In this document: positions 38,768 to 48,609 of the stretch, one piece after another
Layout: every line of letters begins with the position of its first letter
How positions within the stretch are numbered: position 1 is the first letter of the stretch
Virus record (IMG/VR): IMGVR_UViG_3300047558_000092
From: a virus
Taxonomy: Duplodnaviria; Heunggongvirae; Uroviricota; Caudoviricetes
Strand: one strand, 5' to 3'
DNA: 64,000 bases
Notes under the pieces: model-generated
Seen by the model: the letters and a program-made list of their open reading frames with translations, nothing else
Databases searched by the model: none
Told to the model about the DNA's origin: nothing
Made by a program: the position numbers and the translations under genes

Positions 38768-39282
38768 TAGAAACAATTCACCCTGAGCTGGAAGAGCGTT
38801 TGTACCAGATGCACAAGAAATTTGAAAAAGTTACAAGCTTTGCTAAACTTCTTCCATTGTACTCTAATGAAATTATTTCCAGAGAATATACTGGTGAGAC
38901 ATATTGCGCTTTATCAAATCGATATAAGGATATGTACTTTGCTTGGGATATTGCTTGGCAGGTTAGTAAACCTACGAATTTTCCAGATGACCGTACATAT
39001 GAAGAAGGTACAATCTGCATTTATGTTAATTGTATGAGTATATTCAATGAAGATTTATATCATATGGCAAAGGATAAACTCAATGAACATATGCAAGATA
39101 CACCTGTATACTTCTACGATGGTTGGAATAGTACGTACTATTTTAAACCTAATGAACTGGAAGTTGGTCTAGAGGCTTTAAACAATTGGTATTTAGATAC
39201 TAAATCAAATGTTGAGACATACCTCAAAGAAAAGCGCCGTAAAGAATTGCAAGCTGAACTTGAGAAATTGGAGAAGGCATGA
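38764..39282 (+). CDS. hypothetical protein
   Basis: 172 aa ORF. Confidence 0.45.
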   Translation: MIETIHPELEERLYQMHKKFEKVTSFAKLLPLYSNEIISREYTGETYCALSNRYKDMYFAWDIAWQVSKPTNFPDDRTYEEGTICIYVNCMSIFNEDLYHMAKDKLNEHMQDTPVYFYDGWNSTYYFKPNELEVGLEALNNWYLDTKSNVETYLKEKRRKELQAELEKLEKA

Positions 39283-39497
39283 CTAACGCTGAAATACTTG
39301 AGATTCACCGACTTGGTAAATCTTTCGATTCTACTCCCTTGGGTAATTTATTTAACAGGTTTGTTAGATTGCATGCTCGTGCTTGGCAACTGGATAGTAC
39401 TGATTACCATAAATCGCAAGATAAAGCATGGAAGGAATTAGAACCAGTTGAAAACGAATTGCGAAATAAACTAATGGAAATTGCAGGAGTAAAATAA
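39279..39497 (+). CDS. hypothetical protein
   Basis: 72 aa ORF. Confidence 0.4.
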   Translation: MTNAEILEIHRLGKSFDSTPLGNLFNRFVRLHARAWQLDSTDYHKSQDKAWKELEPVENELRNKLMEIAGVK

Positions 39498-39896
39498 ATG
39501 AAACCTACCTTATATTTAATCCGTGGTGTATCTGGCGCAGGTAAGTCTACCTTTGCTATGACATTATGGGCTGCTGGTATAGTTGAACGTATGTTTGAAG
39601 CAGATGATTTTTTCTACCATAATGGTGTATACCAATTCAACCCTGCTAGATTATCTGAAGCACATCGTTATTGTCAATTGAACACTAAGTATGTGCTTGA
39701 GCAAGGTAAGTCTGTCTCTGTATCGAACACAAGTACTACTGAATTTGAAGTTCTGGTGTATGAAACTATTGCTAAAGAATGCAATGCAAATTTTGTCAGT
39801 ATTATCGTTGAAAATCGCCATAATGGTGTTAACATCCACAACGTACCAGAAGAGAAACTTGAGCAAATGAAAAGGAGATTCAGTGTTAAGCTATAA
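39498..39896 (+). CDS. P-loop kinase (polynucleotide kinase-like, AAA_33 type)
   Basis: 132 aa; Walker A LIRGVSGAGKSTFA near the N-terminus, minimal kinase size; lies upstream of the RNA ligase. Confidence 0.55.
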   Translation: MKPTLYLIRGVSGAGKSTFAMTLWAAGIVERMFEADDFFYHNGVYQFNPARLSEAHRYCQLNTKYVLEQGKSVSVSNTSTTEFEVLVYETIAKECNANFVSIIVENRHNGVNIHNVPEEKLEQMKRRFSVKL

Positions 39897-39910
39897 AAGG
39901 AGGGTAAAGA

Positions 39911-40492
39911 ATGTCAGATTACAATTCAATCAATTGGCATGATATTTTCTACTATGATGCAACAAGTGCATCAGGTCTAAGATGGAAGACAGATGTTCGA
40001 AACTTGCATCACAGGAAAAGAATTCTGGTCGCAAAAGATGCAGAAGCTGGCACACGAATGTATCGCCCAAATAAAAAACCAAAAGCATGGGTTGTAGTTT
40101 ACGATGGTAAACAATATGCAGTGCATCGAATCATCGTAGTACTTTTAAAAGGCTCTATTGAAAATGATAAAGTCGTAGACCATTTAGATAGAAATCCTTT
40201 CAACAATGTTGAGAGTAATCTCAAAATTAAGACTAGAGCTGAGAATAATAGAAATGCTAATAAATTTAGCACTAATAAAACTGGAGTAACAGGTGTATGT
40301 CTAATTTACAATAAAAATGTTCCTGCATATGCTGCCACTTGGTCTATAAATGGTAGATCATATAAGAAAAACTTTTCATGTGCAAAATATGGTCAAGAAG
40401 AGGCATTTAGACTTGCTTGTGAGTATCGAAAAAGTATGATAGAATTGTTACATTCTAATGGACACTATTATGAGGAAAATCATGGAAGATAA
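39911..40492 (+). CDS. HNH homing endonuclease with AP2-like domain
   Basis: 193 aa; VDHLDRNPFNNVESNL HNH core and TGVTGVCLIYNKNVPAYAATW AP2-like region; inserted between the kinase and ligase genes. Confidence 0.7.
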   Translation: MSDYNSINWHDIFYYDATSASGLRWKTDVRNLHHRKRILVAKDAEAGTRMYRPNKKPKAWVVVYDGKQYAVHRIIVVLLKGSIENDKVVDHLDRNPFNNVESNLKIKTRAENNRNANKFSTNKTGVTGVCLIYNKNVPAYAATWSINGRSYKKNFSCAKYGQEEAFRLACEYRKSMIELLHSNGHYYEENHGR

Positions 40493-41363
40493 ACTGTTAA
40501 CTTATGAACAGGCTTTTGACTTAGTTCAACGTGGACTTGCTGTTATGAAAAATGATGGTAAATTTACAACCTTTAAATATCATAGACGAGCTATGTATGA
40601 TTACTTATGGCATTCTGTACCTCAGCTTATGGAATGTCGAGGCGTAGTATTTTGTAGTAATACAAAAGAACTTGTGCAAGCTGCTCCACGTAAATCGTTT
40701 AACTATCTTGAGAATGATTACTGGTGGAAAGATGTACCATTACACGAGCCAGTCTATATTGATAAGAAGCTCAATGGTTACATGGCTTGTGCTACTGCAT
40801 ATAAAGGTGAGTTAGTTGTTTCTACAACAGGGTCTACTACCTCTGAATATGCAAAATGGGCTAAAGAACTGTTGATTAAGCAGCCATTGACGTTAGACTT
40901 TGTTATTTGCGAGGAAGCAAGTGCGCTTTTTGAGGTAATTGTTCCACAAGACCCTCATATCGTTAAAGAAAAGATGGGTGTCCATCTTCTAGGCTCTCGT
41001 TACAAATCTGACGGAAGATATAGGCCTCTTTGTGATGAAGATGATGTAATTACATTAGCAGAAGCAATAGCTAAAGCTGAAATTGACAGAGGCGAAGGTT
41101 TCATGGTTTACCGTGTAAGTGATAAAAATTGCTTATCACCGTGTAAACTGAAAACACCTTACTATGTTGGTAAGAAAAAGCTCATGCGTATGTCAGCTAA
41201 GAACATTGAAATCATGTACAAAGACTCATTTCTAATTGGAGCACAATTACCAGCAATGTGGTACACCGCACCAGAGTATATTGTACAAACATATACAAAA
41301 GAAGAATGGCTAAGTTTTGATGACCAACAACGCCGAGTTTTTCTTGAACAATTGAAAGGTTAA
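40458..41363 (+). CDS. RNA ligase 1-like (T4 RnlA family)
   Basis: 301 aa; LMECRGVVF matches the T4 Rnl1 ALECRGIMF block; candidate motif I lysine in KKLNGYMA at the expected distance. Confidence 0.6.
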   Translation: MDTIMRKIMEDKLLTYEQAFDLVQRGLAVMKNDGKFTTFKYHRRAMYDYLWHSVPQLMECRGVVFCSNTKELVQAAPRKSFNYLENDYWWKDVPLHEPVYIDKKLNGYMACATAYKGELVVSTTGSTTSEYAKWAKELLIKQPLTLDFVICEEASALFEVIVPQDPHIVKEKMGVHLLGSRYKSDGRYRPLCDEDDVITLAEAIAKAEIDRGEGFMVYRVSDKNCLSPCKLKTPYYVGKKKLMRMSAKNIEIMYKDSFLIGAQLPAMWYTAPEYIVQTYTKEEWLSFDDQQRRVFLEQLKG

Positions 41364-41364
41364 T

Positions 41365-41859
41365 ATGAAATATATGGAAGGTGATTTAATTGAATTAGCT
41401 CGTCAAGGGCATTTCAACTACATTGTGCATGGCTGTAATTGCTTCTGCACTATGGGTAAGGGTATCGCTAGACAGATTAAGGCAGAGTTTCCTGCAGCTT
41501 ATGCAGCAGATTGCTTGACTTACTATGGCGAACGTAGTAAACTCGGTACGTACAGCATCATGTATGGCCCGATTACTATTGTCAATGCATACACTCAATA
41601 TGATTTTGCCAAAGGTTACGATGGTAAAGACGATTATTTTGAGTACGAAGCATTCCAGAAAATCTTAGACCGTTTGGTTAAAGAGCATGGTCACCGTGAC
41701 TTCGGTTTTCCGTACATTGGTATGGGACTAGCAGGAGGCGATAAGGACCGCATTCTAGGTATGCTACAAGGCTTTGCAGATGCTGTTAAAGCTAAAGGTG
41801 GGTCCGTAACATTAGTGAAGTACCCAATGAGTCGAATTTTACGAAAGGAATCAGTTTGA
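41365..41859 (+). CDS. macro domain protein (ADP-ribose / Appr-1''-p processing)
   Basis: 164 aa; NYIVHGCNCFCTMGKGIARQI and GIGLAGGD-like macro-domain glycine loops. Confidence 0.65.
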   Translation: MKYMEGDLIELARQGHFNYIVHGCNCFCTMGKGIARQIKAEFPAAYAADCLTYYGERSKLGTYSIMYGPITIVNAYTQYDFAKGYDGKDDYFEYEAFQKILDRLVKEHGHRDFGFPYIGMGLAGGDKDRILGMLQGFADAVKAKGGSVTLVKYPMSRILRKESV

Positions 41860-42044
41860 CAGATGTAAGATTTAACGAACCTATTTGCACTACTGATGGT
41901 ACGCCATATGTATCTGTAGGTCAAAATGAAATGCAAGTTTATATTAGACTTGAACGATATAAAGATTTAGCAGTTGTTTTAGATAAACGCTGCTTACCTC
42001 AACTAATCCCACAATTAAAGGAAATATTGGATGATTTCAGCTAA
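41856..42044 (+). CDS. hypothetical protein
   Basis: 62 aa ORF. Confidence 0.35.
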   Translation: MTDVRFNEPICTTDGTPYVSVGQNEMQVYIRLERYKDLAVVLDKRCLPQLIPQLKEILDDFS

Positions 42045-42933
42045 AATTATTGCAGACAGTTATAACGAAATCCACGGAACTCGCCTAACTACATTTGAAT
42101 TAGTTTATCCACGATTTATTCATGGCGAACTAATGACGCATCGCAAGTTTAGCCGTAATGCTGCCAGCTCTCGTGCTATCCCAATTGATAAGGTAATTGA
42201 ACTGGTTGAGACAACACCAGCTATGCCTGTACATTGGGGTGCTAACCAAGCAGGTATGCAAGCTAAGGCAGAAGTATCTGATAAAGAACGTGCAATTAAA
42301 TTGTGGTTATCCTCTCGTGATAGCGCAGTAAAGTATGCTAAGGCTATGAAAGATGCAGGGTTACATAAACAAATTGTAAACCGTATTCTTGAGCCATATC
42401 AGCTTATGAAGACAATCGTAACTGCTACCGATTATAATAATTGGTTCTGGTTACGTGACCATGAAGATGCACAACCTGAGATTGCAGAACTTGCAGCGGT
42501 AATGTGTGTAGAATATGCTGCACATATTCCAGAAGAGTTAACTGTCGGTGAGTGGCATGTACCTTATGTAAAAACATACCGTGATTCACATACTGGTGAG
42601 CGATTCTATCTAGATGAAAACGACAAGTACATCACTATGGAAGAGGCCCGTATGATTAGCGCCAGCTGTTGCGCTCAAGTTAGCTATCGTAAGAACGATG
42701 GTAGCTTAGAGAAGGCTTCTATGGTGTTTGACCGATTGATTAACTCAGTACCAGTGCATGCATCACCAGTTGAGCATATCGCTACACCGATTGACGATGT
42801 ACCGTTTGTTGAAGAATACCTTAAGATTGAAGGTGTAACTCACATCGACAAATACTATCAACCTCACAGTGGTAACTTATGTGGTTGGATTCAATTCCGT
42901 CAGCTAATCCCTAACAATGTAAAGGAAGGTTAA
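42031..42933 (+). CDS. thyX: flavin-dependent thymidylate synthase
   Basis: 300 aa; ThyX signature ELMTHRKFSRNAASSRAIP (RHRxxSxxxxSxR). Confidence 0.7.
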   Translation: MISAKIIADSYNEIHGTRLTTFELVYPRFIHGELMTHRKFSRNAASSRAIPIDKVIELVETTPAMPVHWGANQAGMQAKAEVSDKERAIKLWLSSRDSAVKYAKAMKDAGLHKQIVNRILEPYQLMKTIVTATDYNNWFWLRDHEDAQPEIAELAAVMCVEYAAHIPEELTVGEWHVPYVKTYRDSHTGERFYLDENDKYITMEEARMISASCCAQVSYRKNDGSLEKASMVFDRLINSVPVHASPVEHIATPIDDVPFVEEYLKIEGVTHIDKYYQPHSGNLCGWIQFRQLIPNNVKEG

Positions 42934-42934
42934 T

Positions 42935-43165
42935 ATGATTTCAGATATTGATTTACAAGATTGGAAACCTGAAGATTTTACACAACCTGTAGGTGAATTA
43001 AATACCTATGATGTATTTACATTTGCCAGCTCTCCAACTAGGTTTAGATTTATCTCTAAGAATTGCTTCGGTGACTCTGTTGTGCAAACTATGTCCGATA
43101 ATGTTCAGGATGTAAAGAACTACGTGCTACCTTCGTTTATGGAGATTATCAAATGGTCAAAGTAA
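42935..43165 (+). CDS. hypothetical protein
   Basis: 76 aa ORF. Confidence 0.35.
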   Translation: MISDIDLQDWKPEDFTQPVGELNTYDVFTFASSPTRFRFISKNCFGDSVVQTMSDNVQDVKNYVLPSFMEIIKWSK

Positions 43166-43464
43166 ATACACTGACTATGCTTAAGAAAACAGCAAAGTCT
43201 AGTAACTATAAATTATACGAGGTTCAAGATGTATTTGAGCATTTGATTGCACATATTCAAAATGAACTAATCGCAGGTAATGAAGTTAAGCTTAATGGTT
43301 TAGGTACTATCGCATCTAAAAAATATAAGCCAAGAACTATTGCTTTGGGTGGCAGACCTGCAATAACTGTGTATAATGCAACTGGTCTAGCCCTCAGGAT
43401 GGACGAATCATTACGCAGACAAATGAAGGAGAGTACGAATGAAGAAAGCAGCACAGAACAATGA
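43153..43464 (+). CDS. HU/IHF-like DNA-binding protein
   Basis: 103 aa; EVKLNGLGTIASKKYKPRTIALGGRPAITVYNA resembles the HU beta-arm (R-x-G-R-N-P). Confidence 0.55.
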   Translation: MVKVNTLTMLKKTAKSSNYKLYEVQDVFEHLIAHIQNELIAGNEVKLNGLGTIASKKYKPRTIALGGRPAITVYNATGLALRMDESLRRQMKESTNEESSTEQ

Positions 43465-43590
43465 CAACCGCATGGTATGGCCCTTTCCAACTGATAATGG
43501 TGTACGTACTCCAGAAAGTCAAGCACTGTTAGACAAGAAGCGTCATCCACCAACTAAGCCAGATTTATCTGACGTAGAAGACGCACCACT

Positions 43591-44052
43591 ATGAGCGTAG
43601 ATATGCAACAAGGTTATATGGTCTACCTCGACAAAATCGTGGAAGATGACAGTGACCTACCAACATACTTAGTACGCGCTGGTAAGGAACTGCAGCAATG
43701 TGGTTACCTTACTGCTGGTGACTTCTTTGAGCGATTAGAGGACGTAGAAGTTCTGCATTTGACTGCATTGATGAATTCAGTACATACAGCTGACTTTAGG
43801 TTATATACTGTCGATAGCGAAGAGGCTGGTAAAAGCTTGTATCATCTATCGTTAGTATGTTTCGTATTGGCGCTAGGTGAAGGTGAAGTACAAATTACAC
43901 CAGAGTTTCTGCACGAATCAATGAAGGCTTTATTTATCTTAATTGCTGTTGAGAATTTATACAGAGAAGGTAAAGTTCTAGTGTTTAGAGAAAACTTCAC
44001 TATCCTAGAATCAAATCGACCGATAGCACAAGTTATTAAAGGACAGATGTAA
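43591..44052 (+). CDS. hypothetical protein
   Basis: 153 aa ORF. Confidence 0.45.
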   Translation: MSVDMQQGYMVYLDKIVEDDSDLPTYLVRAGKELQQCGYLTAGDFFERLEDVEVLHLTALMNSVHTADFRLYTVDSEEAGKSLYHLSLVCFVLALGEGEVQITPEFLHESMKALFILIAVENLYREGKVLVFRENFTILESNRPIAQVIKGQM

Positions 44053-44315
44053 TGCAATCCCTAAAAGAATTAGAGCGTACAGCTTATCTATCTGGTGCTG
44101 TTGTAACTGTAGATATCATGTCTAAGTTTGAAGCATTACTAGAGGAACGTGAAGCAGAAATTAAGTTATTGGAAGAGCGAATCGATAAACTCGAAGAAGA
44201 GCAAAATGACTTATTTGCCGAAATTTCAGACTTATCTCAAGAGTTGCATGAAAAGCAAGGTATCATTGAAGACCTGGAATTTAAAGCGTGGAGGCTGGAA
44301 GAACTTGAAAAATAA
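44052..44315 (+). CDS. hypothetical coiled-coil protein
   Basis: 87 aa, heptad-rich. Confidence 0.4.
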   Translation: MQSLKELERTAYLSGAVVTVDIMSKFEALLEEREAEIKLLEERIDKLEEEQNDLFAEISDLSQELHEKQGIIEDLEFKAWRLEELEK

Positions 44316-44470
44316 AGTTAAAAAGACTAGACAAGTCAATGAAGTTGATGTATACTCACGATTCTCTGAAAGTAATCTAGAGTTTGTAAGCGTACATGAT
44401 GAACGAGAAGTAATTGCAGCTATGCGATACTCTCAAGAGAAAGAATTTTTTAACCATGAAAGGGAATATT

Positions 44471-44761
44471 ATGACCAAAATCACTGAGCAAGAGTTTAAA
44501 CAAGCATTAGACCAGTTGGTAACTGCAGGTTTGAATTCATTGGATGTGTCCGTAGTATACGGTCAACTATCTATCACTAAGCAATTCGTTGAAGTGGTGT
44601 ACGATACTAACGTAGTACAATATTTAGACAAGATGCGTCAACAACAAGCTATTGCGGCTGAAGCTGCTCGTCAACTAGAAGCTCAACAAGCTGCTAACGA
44701 TTCAGCTAAGGCTAAATTAGCTTTAGTACCGTCAGGTGATGAAGCTCCAAAGGCTGAGTAA
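44471..44761 (+). CDS. hypothetical protein
   Basis: start set at MTKITEQEF (AAGGGA RBS); Ala/Gln-rich C-terminus. Confidence 0.4.
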   Translation: MTKITEQEFKQALDQLVTAGLNSLDVSVVYGQLSITKQFVEVVYDTNVVQYLDKMRQQQAIAAEAARQLEAQQAANDSAKAKLALVPSGDEAPKAE

Positions 44762-45399
44762 TGAATATAGATAACTTCGAGTACCAACTGCAAAAGCTGA
44801 TTCATGAAGCCAATGCAGCTGGTATTGATATCGGGGACTTATACTCTAGGTTGCATACTCAAGACGTTTTGCTTGAGACATTGCTTAGATTAGAAGTCGA
44901 AAATGCTTATAAAGAAAGGTTCAAATAATGCGTTATACTGTCAAGTGGAACAATGGTTACTGGAAAACTTTTGATACGGTTCAATTCACGGATGTAGCAC
45001 TACACCGTCTAAAGACTGAAGCAGAAGCTAACGTAGCTCGTTTAAACGGTAAGTAAATCAAGGAGTATCACATGAAAAAAGAATTTGTAATTGTTCGTAA
45101 TGCAGAAGTTAAATCATTGTATGATGTAGTTTGTGTCGATTACGCAACAGAAAACGTAGATTTTATGGCAAAAGCTGTAGATTTCGAAGAAGCACAGAAA
45201 ATTCTCGATTTGTGTGATACACTACAGACTGCTTAACTAACTAAGGAAACTAAAATGCAAAGCTCTTACCTTCAGAACAACAAAGGCAAGAAAAAACAAT
45301 TCGATGATGCAGGTTACGAAGACTATCAGAATCGTGCTAAGAAGCGCAAGAAGAAAGACTTCTCACAACAGCGTCAGTCTAAGCGTGGAGAAAATCTCT

Positions 45400-45945
45400 A
45401 TGCTTAAAATATCTGAAGCTAAACTCATCGTTATTTTGCTTTGCATTTTAACCTTAATCACTGTGTTAGGTTATCGTGTAACTACACTGGTAATCGAACA
45501 ACAAGAGCAAAACCGTATTCTGGAAGAGTACAAAGCTAATGAGCGTAATTGTCTGATTACTGCCTTATATCATGAAGCTCGTGGTGAAGGCGTAAAGGGT
45601 TTGAATGCTGTAGCTTCTGTAATCTACAACCGTAAGAATCACCCATATTACCCTTCGAGTTACTGTGGGATTGTTAATCAGTACAAACAATTCAGTTATA
45701 CTCTGCTCAATAAACCGTTTGGAGAAGCCTTAGAAGCCTCTGTACCAGTTTATGAAGTGAAGGTATATGCTGAGATACTTGCACTGTCTGAACTAATGGT
45801 TAATAACCGTTTTAAGCCTACCTTAAAGCCTGATGTGCTATGGTATGCTGAACGTAAAGTAGTTAACCGATGGACAAAGAAAAAGCAAGTAGTTGCTGAG
45901 ATTGGTAAACATAAATTCTATGCTGACATGAAAGGTAAAATCTGA
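45400..45945 (+). CDS. SleB-like cell wall hydrolase with N-terminal membrane anchor
   Basis: start set at MLKISEAKLIVILLCILTLITVL (TM); CLITALYHEARGE...GLNAVASVIYNR...CGIVNQYKQFS matches the SleB/Hydrolase_2 signature. Confidence 0.65.
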   Translation: MLKISEAKLIVILLCILTLITVLGYRVTTLVIEQQEQNRILEEYKANERNCLITALYHEARGEGVKGLNAVASVIYNRKNHPYYPSSYCGIVNQYKQFSYTLLNKPFGEALEASVPVYEVKVYAEILALSELMVNNRFKPTLKPDVLWYAERKVVNRWTKKKQVVAEIGKHKFYADMKGKI

Positions 45946-46259
45946 TGATTAAACGTAAAGTCCGAGTCACTATCGAAAAAGATATTGAAATCATTATGCA
46001 TCCAGCATATGAAAATCCAGCGTTTGTGGCTGCTGAGATTCAAGAGTTTAGTGAATGCTTTCACAAGGTCCACTCTTTAGATGATATCATTCTGTACGCT
46101 GCAGAAAATCTTGCACGTTTTGGTGAAGATATGTTCATTGAAGGTTTTGGTCGTGCAGTAGATGTGTACGATAAAGCTAAATTACAATTGCCACATGATT
46201 ACAGTAATACAGCAATTGTTCGCATGGAAGACACAGATGTTCAATCGGAGTTTATCTAA
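45945..46259 (+). CDS. hypothetical protein
   Basis: 104 aa ORF. Confidence 0.4.
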   Translation: MIKRKVRVTIEKDIEIIMHPAYENPAFVAAEIQEFSECFHKVHSLDDIILYAAENLARFGEDMFIEGFGRAVDVYDKAKLQLPHDYSNTAIVRMEDTDVQSEFI

Positions 46260-46459
46260 TGAAAAAATTACTATCAGCTTTCGTTTTAGCTTTTAGCTTA
46301 TCAGGTTGTGTGTATCAAAGCGTAAACTTCAGTGATATTGATGCAGCTGCTAAAGCTTGTGGAGGTATTGACCAGATTTCCGAACTATCCTCCAATTGGA
46401 TTGGATTTGAATCAGTTATCTGTCATAACCGAAATAAATTTGTTTTAACAAATAAGTAA
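46259..46459 (+). CDS. small lipoprotein
   Basis: 66 aa; signal peptide with lipobox LSGC. Confidence 0.45.
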   Translation: MKKLLSAFVLAFSLSGCVYQSVNFSDIDAAAKACGGIDQISELSSNWIGFESVICHNRNKFVLTNK

Positions 46460-46467
46460 GGAACATA

Positions 46468-46947
46468 ATGAAATATTATTTTGATACACCATTAACCTAT
46501 GATGAACGTCTAGAGTTAATCCCCGCTTTATCTGATGTTGCACGTATGTACTACGATGAACCAGATACAAAGATTAATATGTTTGCTGGTATCTGTTATC
46601 AACTAGTTCATTTTGCTAATGTCAAAAGTGCATACAGTAAAATGGCTCGTCTAATGGTAGAGATTGGCTACTCAGGTGAAGACAGTTACTTCGAAGGTCC
46701 ATCACCAACAACTTTCACAAGCTATGATGATTGGGAACAACGCGCATTTATGTGCTTGTTGTTATCCGACTATCTTTTCAGTACTTTAGATGAATATGCT
46801 GAAGAGATTGAAATCGATGAAACTGAGCAAAAATCTTTATTCCAAAAAGTAAAAGACAAGTTCAATAGTTTTGTTGAGCATATCGCTGCTTTCCACAAAG
46901 CTAAGGCTGCTCTCAATCAGAAGGTACTAGAAACTAACCATGCATAA
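46468..46947 (+). CDS. hypothetical protein
   Basis: 159 aa ORF. Confidence 0.45.
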   Translation: MKYYFDTPLTYDERLELIPALSDVARMYYDEPDTKINMFAGICYQLVHFANVKSAYSKMARLMVEIGYSGEDSYFEGPSPTTFTSYDDWEQRAFMCLLLSDYLFSTLDEYAEEIEIDETEQKSLFQKVKDKFNSFVEHIAAFHKAKAALNQKVLETNHA

Positions 46948-47233
46948 TTCACGTATTATCTGTGCTGCTAACAAGTTACAATTAGAGGATGGGTCAATCG
47001 TTGTTGTAGCTGGCGCTCGTCATTGGGATATGGGTATGCATAAAATTGTGGGCTGCATGCACTGTGAACTAGAGCGAGAGTTAGAGCAAGGTTTCATTGA
47101 CCAGTTCAACAACTTCTATACCCGTGAAGAAGCATGGGTTATCGCTGAAACTAATGGTCAAATCATTCGCCGTGTAGGTGGTGATATGTCACTAGATGGT
47201 AAGGGTAGACTGTTCTCTGAGAATCTGTACTAA
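46940..47233 (+). CDS. hypothetical protein
   Basis: 97 aa ORF. Confidence 0.4.
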   Translation: MHNSRIICAANKLQLEDGSIVVVAGARHWDMGMHKIVGCMHCELERELEQGFIDQFNNFYTREEAWVIAETNGQIIRRVGGDMSLDGKGRLFSENLY

Positions 47234-47239
47234 GTTGTA

Positions 47240-47265
47240 GGGTTATTAGCATAGACTAAAAATCT
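47240..47265 (+). promoter_or_regulatory. phage promoter, extended -10 type (AGACTAAAAATCTGTGCTATACT)
   Basis: TGTGCTATACT extended -10 (TATACT at 47260..47265); the 25 nt motif recurs at 52996..53017 and related TGTGTTATACT at 48570 and 53232. Confidence 0.5.
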
Positions 47266-47331
47266 GTGCTATACTTCTCTTCATCGGATACGAAGCAAGC
47301 TTCTATCCTTACATCTTAACAAGGAGTTGAT

Positions 47332-47769
47332 ATGAAGACAGTTCTTTCCGTTGACCGTGGTGTTACATCCTCTGCTGAAACTAACGACTGTACGGTCAGA
47401 AGTTTAGCAAATGCAGCTGATATCGCGTATGAGACAGCTCACGCTGTACTGAAAAAGCACGGTCGTAAGGACCGCAGTGGTGCTACATTCAAAACATTGC
47501 ATGCGGCTTATGAAGAGTGTGGTTTTCGTTTGGTTAAGGTATGTGGTGATGGTAAGCGTTCTCGCTTTGCTGCTCAACATACAGCTGCTCGATGGGTGGA
47601 CGGTATTACCTTTGGTAAGTTGGTCCCACAACTGCCATATGGCGAGTACATTATCAACGTAACAGGTCATGCTGTTGCAGTCGTTAACGGTAAGGTTATC
47701 GATACTTTTAATAACAATGCTCGTAAGCGCGTTGTTGCAGTCTATAAACGTATTAACTTTGGAGAGTAA
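47332..47769 (+). CDS. hypothetical protein
   Basis: 145 aa ORF with AAGGAG RBS. Confidence 0.45.
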   Translation: MKTVLSVDRGVTSSAETNDCTVRSLANAADIAYETAHAVLKKHGRKDRSGATFKTLHAAYEECGFRLVKVCGDGKRSRFAAQHTAARWVDGITFGKLVPQLPYGEYIINVTGHAVAVVNGKVIDTFNNNARKRVVAVYKRINFGE

Positions 47770-47770
47770 A

Positions 47771-47968
47771 ATGAAAGAGAAGATGAAAAGTTTGTTTGAT
47801 GCTGTATTAAAGCCAGCATTGATTGGTTTTGTAGCTCTTGTTGTCATTATGACAGTTCTATCTATTCCTACGCTGGCTGGTACTGTAGCTGGTATTGCAG
47901 CTGCATGGGCATTCGGTAAACTTATTATGTTCGGTTATGCACTGTACAAGGAGGACTTCAATGACTAA
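47771..47968 (+). CDS. small membrane protein
   Basis: start set at MKEKMKSLFDAV; two TM helices. Confidence 0.35.
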   Translation: MKEKMKSLFDAVLKPALIGFVALVVIMTVLSIPTLAGTVAGIAAAWAFGKLIMFGYALYKEDFND

Positions 47969-48305
47969 TTTACTGAAACCAAGCCAAGCTCTCATGCGTG
48001 TCAAAAGCATGTTGCCTATGACATATGAAACTGAGTCAGATAACTCACCATATATCTGCGATAATATCCGTGAGTTGCATCTACGAGGTAAGATTACAGA
48101 AGAAACCCGAAATCAGCTCACTGGGCATATTCGTGTACTTCTAGACGATGCATTTTGTCTAAAGTCGTGGCTACTTGGTAACAAACACATCACATATGAC
48201 GAACTTAAAAATGACCTTGAAGAGAATGATGGTTTGATGTTGCAATATACGCGACAAAACTGGTTGAATGATATGGTATTCTATTTTAAATCGAAAGGTA
48301 TGTAA
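47961..48305 (+). CDS. hypothetical protein
   Basis: start set at MTNLLKPSQ after a GGAGG RBS. Confidence 0.4.
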   Translation: MTNLLKPSQALMRVKSMLPMTYETESDNSPYICDNIRELHLRGKITEETRNQLTGHIRVLLDDAFCLKSWLLGNKHITYDELKNDLEENDGLMLQYTRQNWLNDMVFYFKSKGM

Positions 48306-48526
48306 TGGCTCATGATGCAGGTAAAGGCGGTAAACCTCGTCCATTTAGTGTTTCTCAGGATGATTATACTAAGAACTTAGAGGCTATCATTAATAAACCA
48401 GAGATAGATGATGACGATTGGACTTGTGATTCTTGCGGAGGCCCGATGTACAGTCAACCGCACTGGCTGTGGTGTTACTGTGACGATTGTGGTAATCGTG
48501 TAAAGAAAGAACCAATGGAACCTTAA
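48305..48526 (+). CDS. zinc-ribbon protein
   Basis: 73 aa; CDSCGG...CYCDDCGN. Confidence 0.4.
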   Translation: MAHDAGKGGKPRPFSVSQDDYTKNLEAIINKPEIDDDDWTCDSCGGPMYSQPHWLWCYCDDCGNRVKKEPMEP

Positions 48527-48569
48527 TATCCGAGTCCCTTGTGTGGTTATTCCATGCAAGGGATTTTTT

Positions 48570-48579
48570 GTGTTATACT
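48570..48579 (+). promoter_or_regulatory. extended -10 promoter element TGTGTTATACT
   Basis: about 30 nt upstream of the ATG at 48610. Confidence 0.4.
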
Positions 48580-48609
48580 TCATCATCGATTCAACAACAG
48601 GAGTTAAAC

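Noticed and set aside
44149-44487. 112 aa Lys-rich plus-strand ORF
   Set aside because: Overlaps 44052..44315 and 44471..44761 out of frame; it bridges two better-supported genes.
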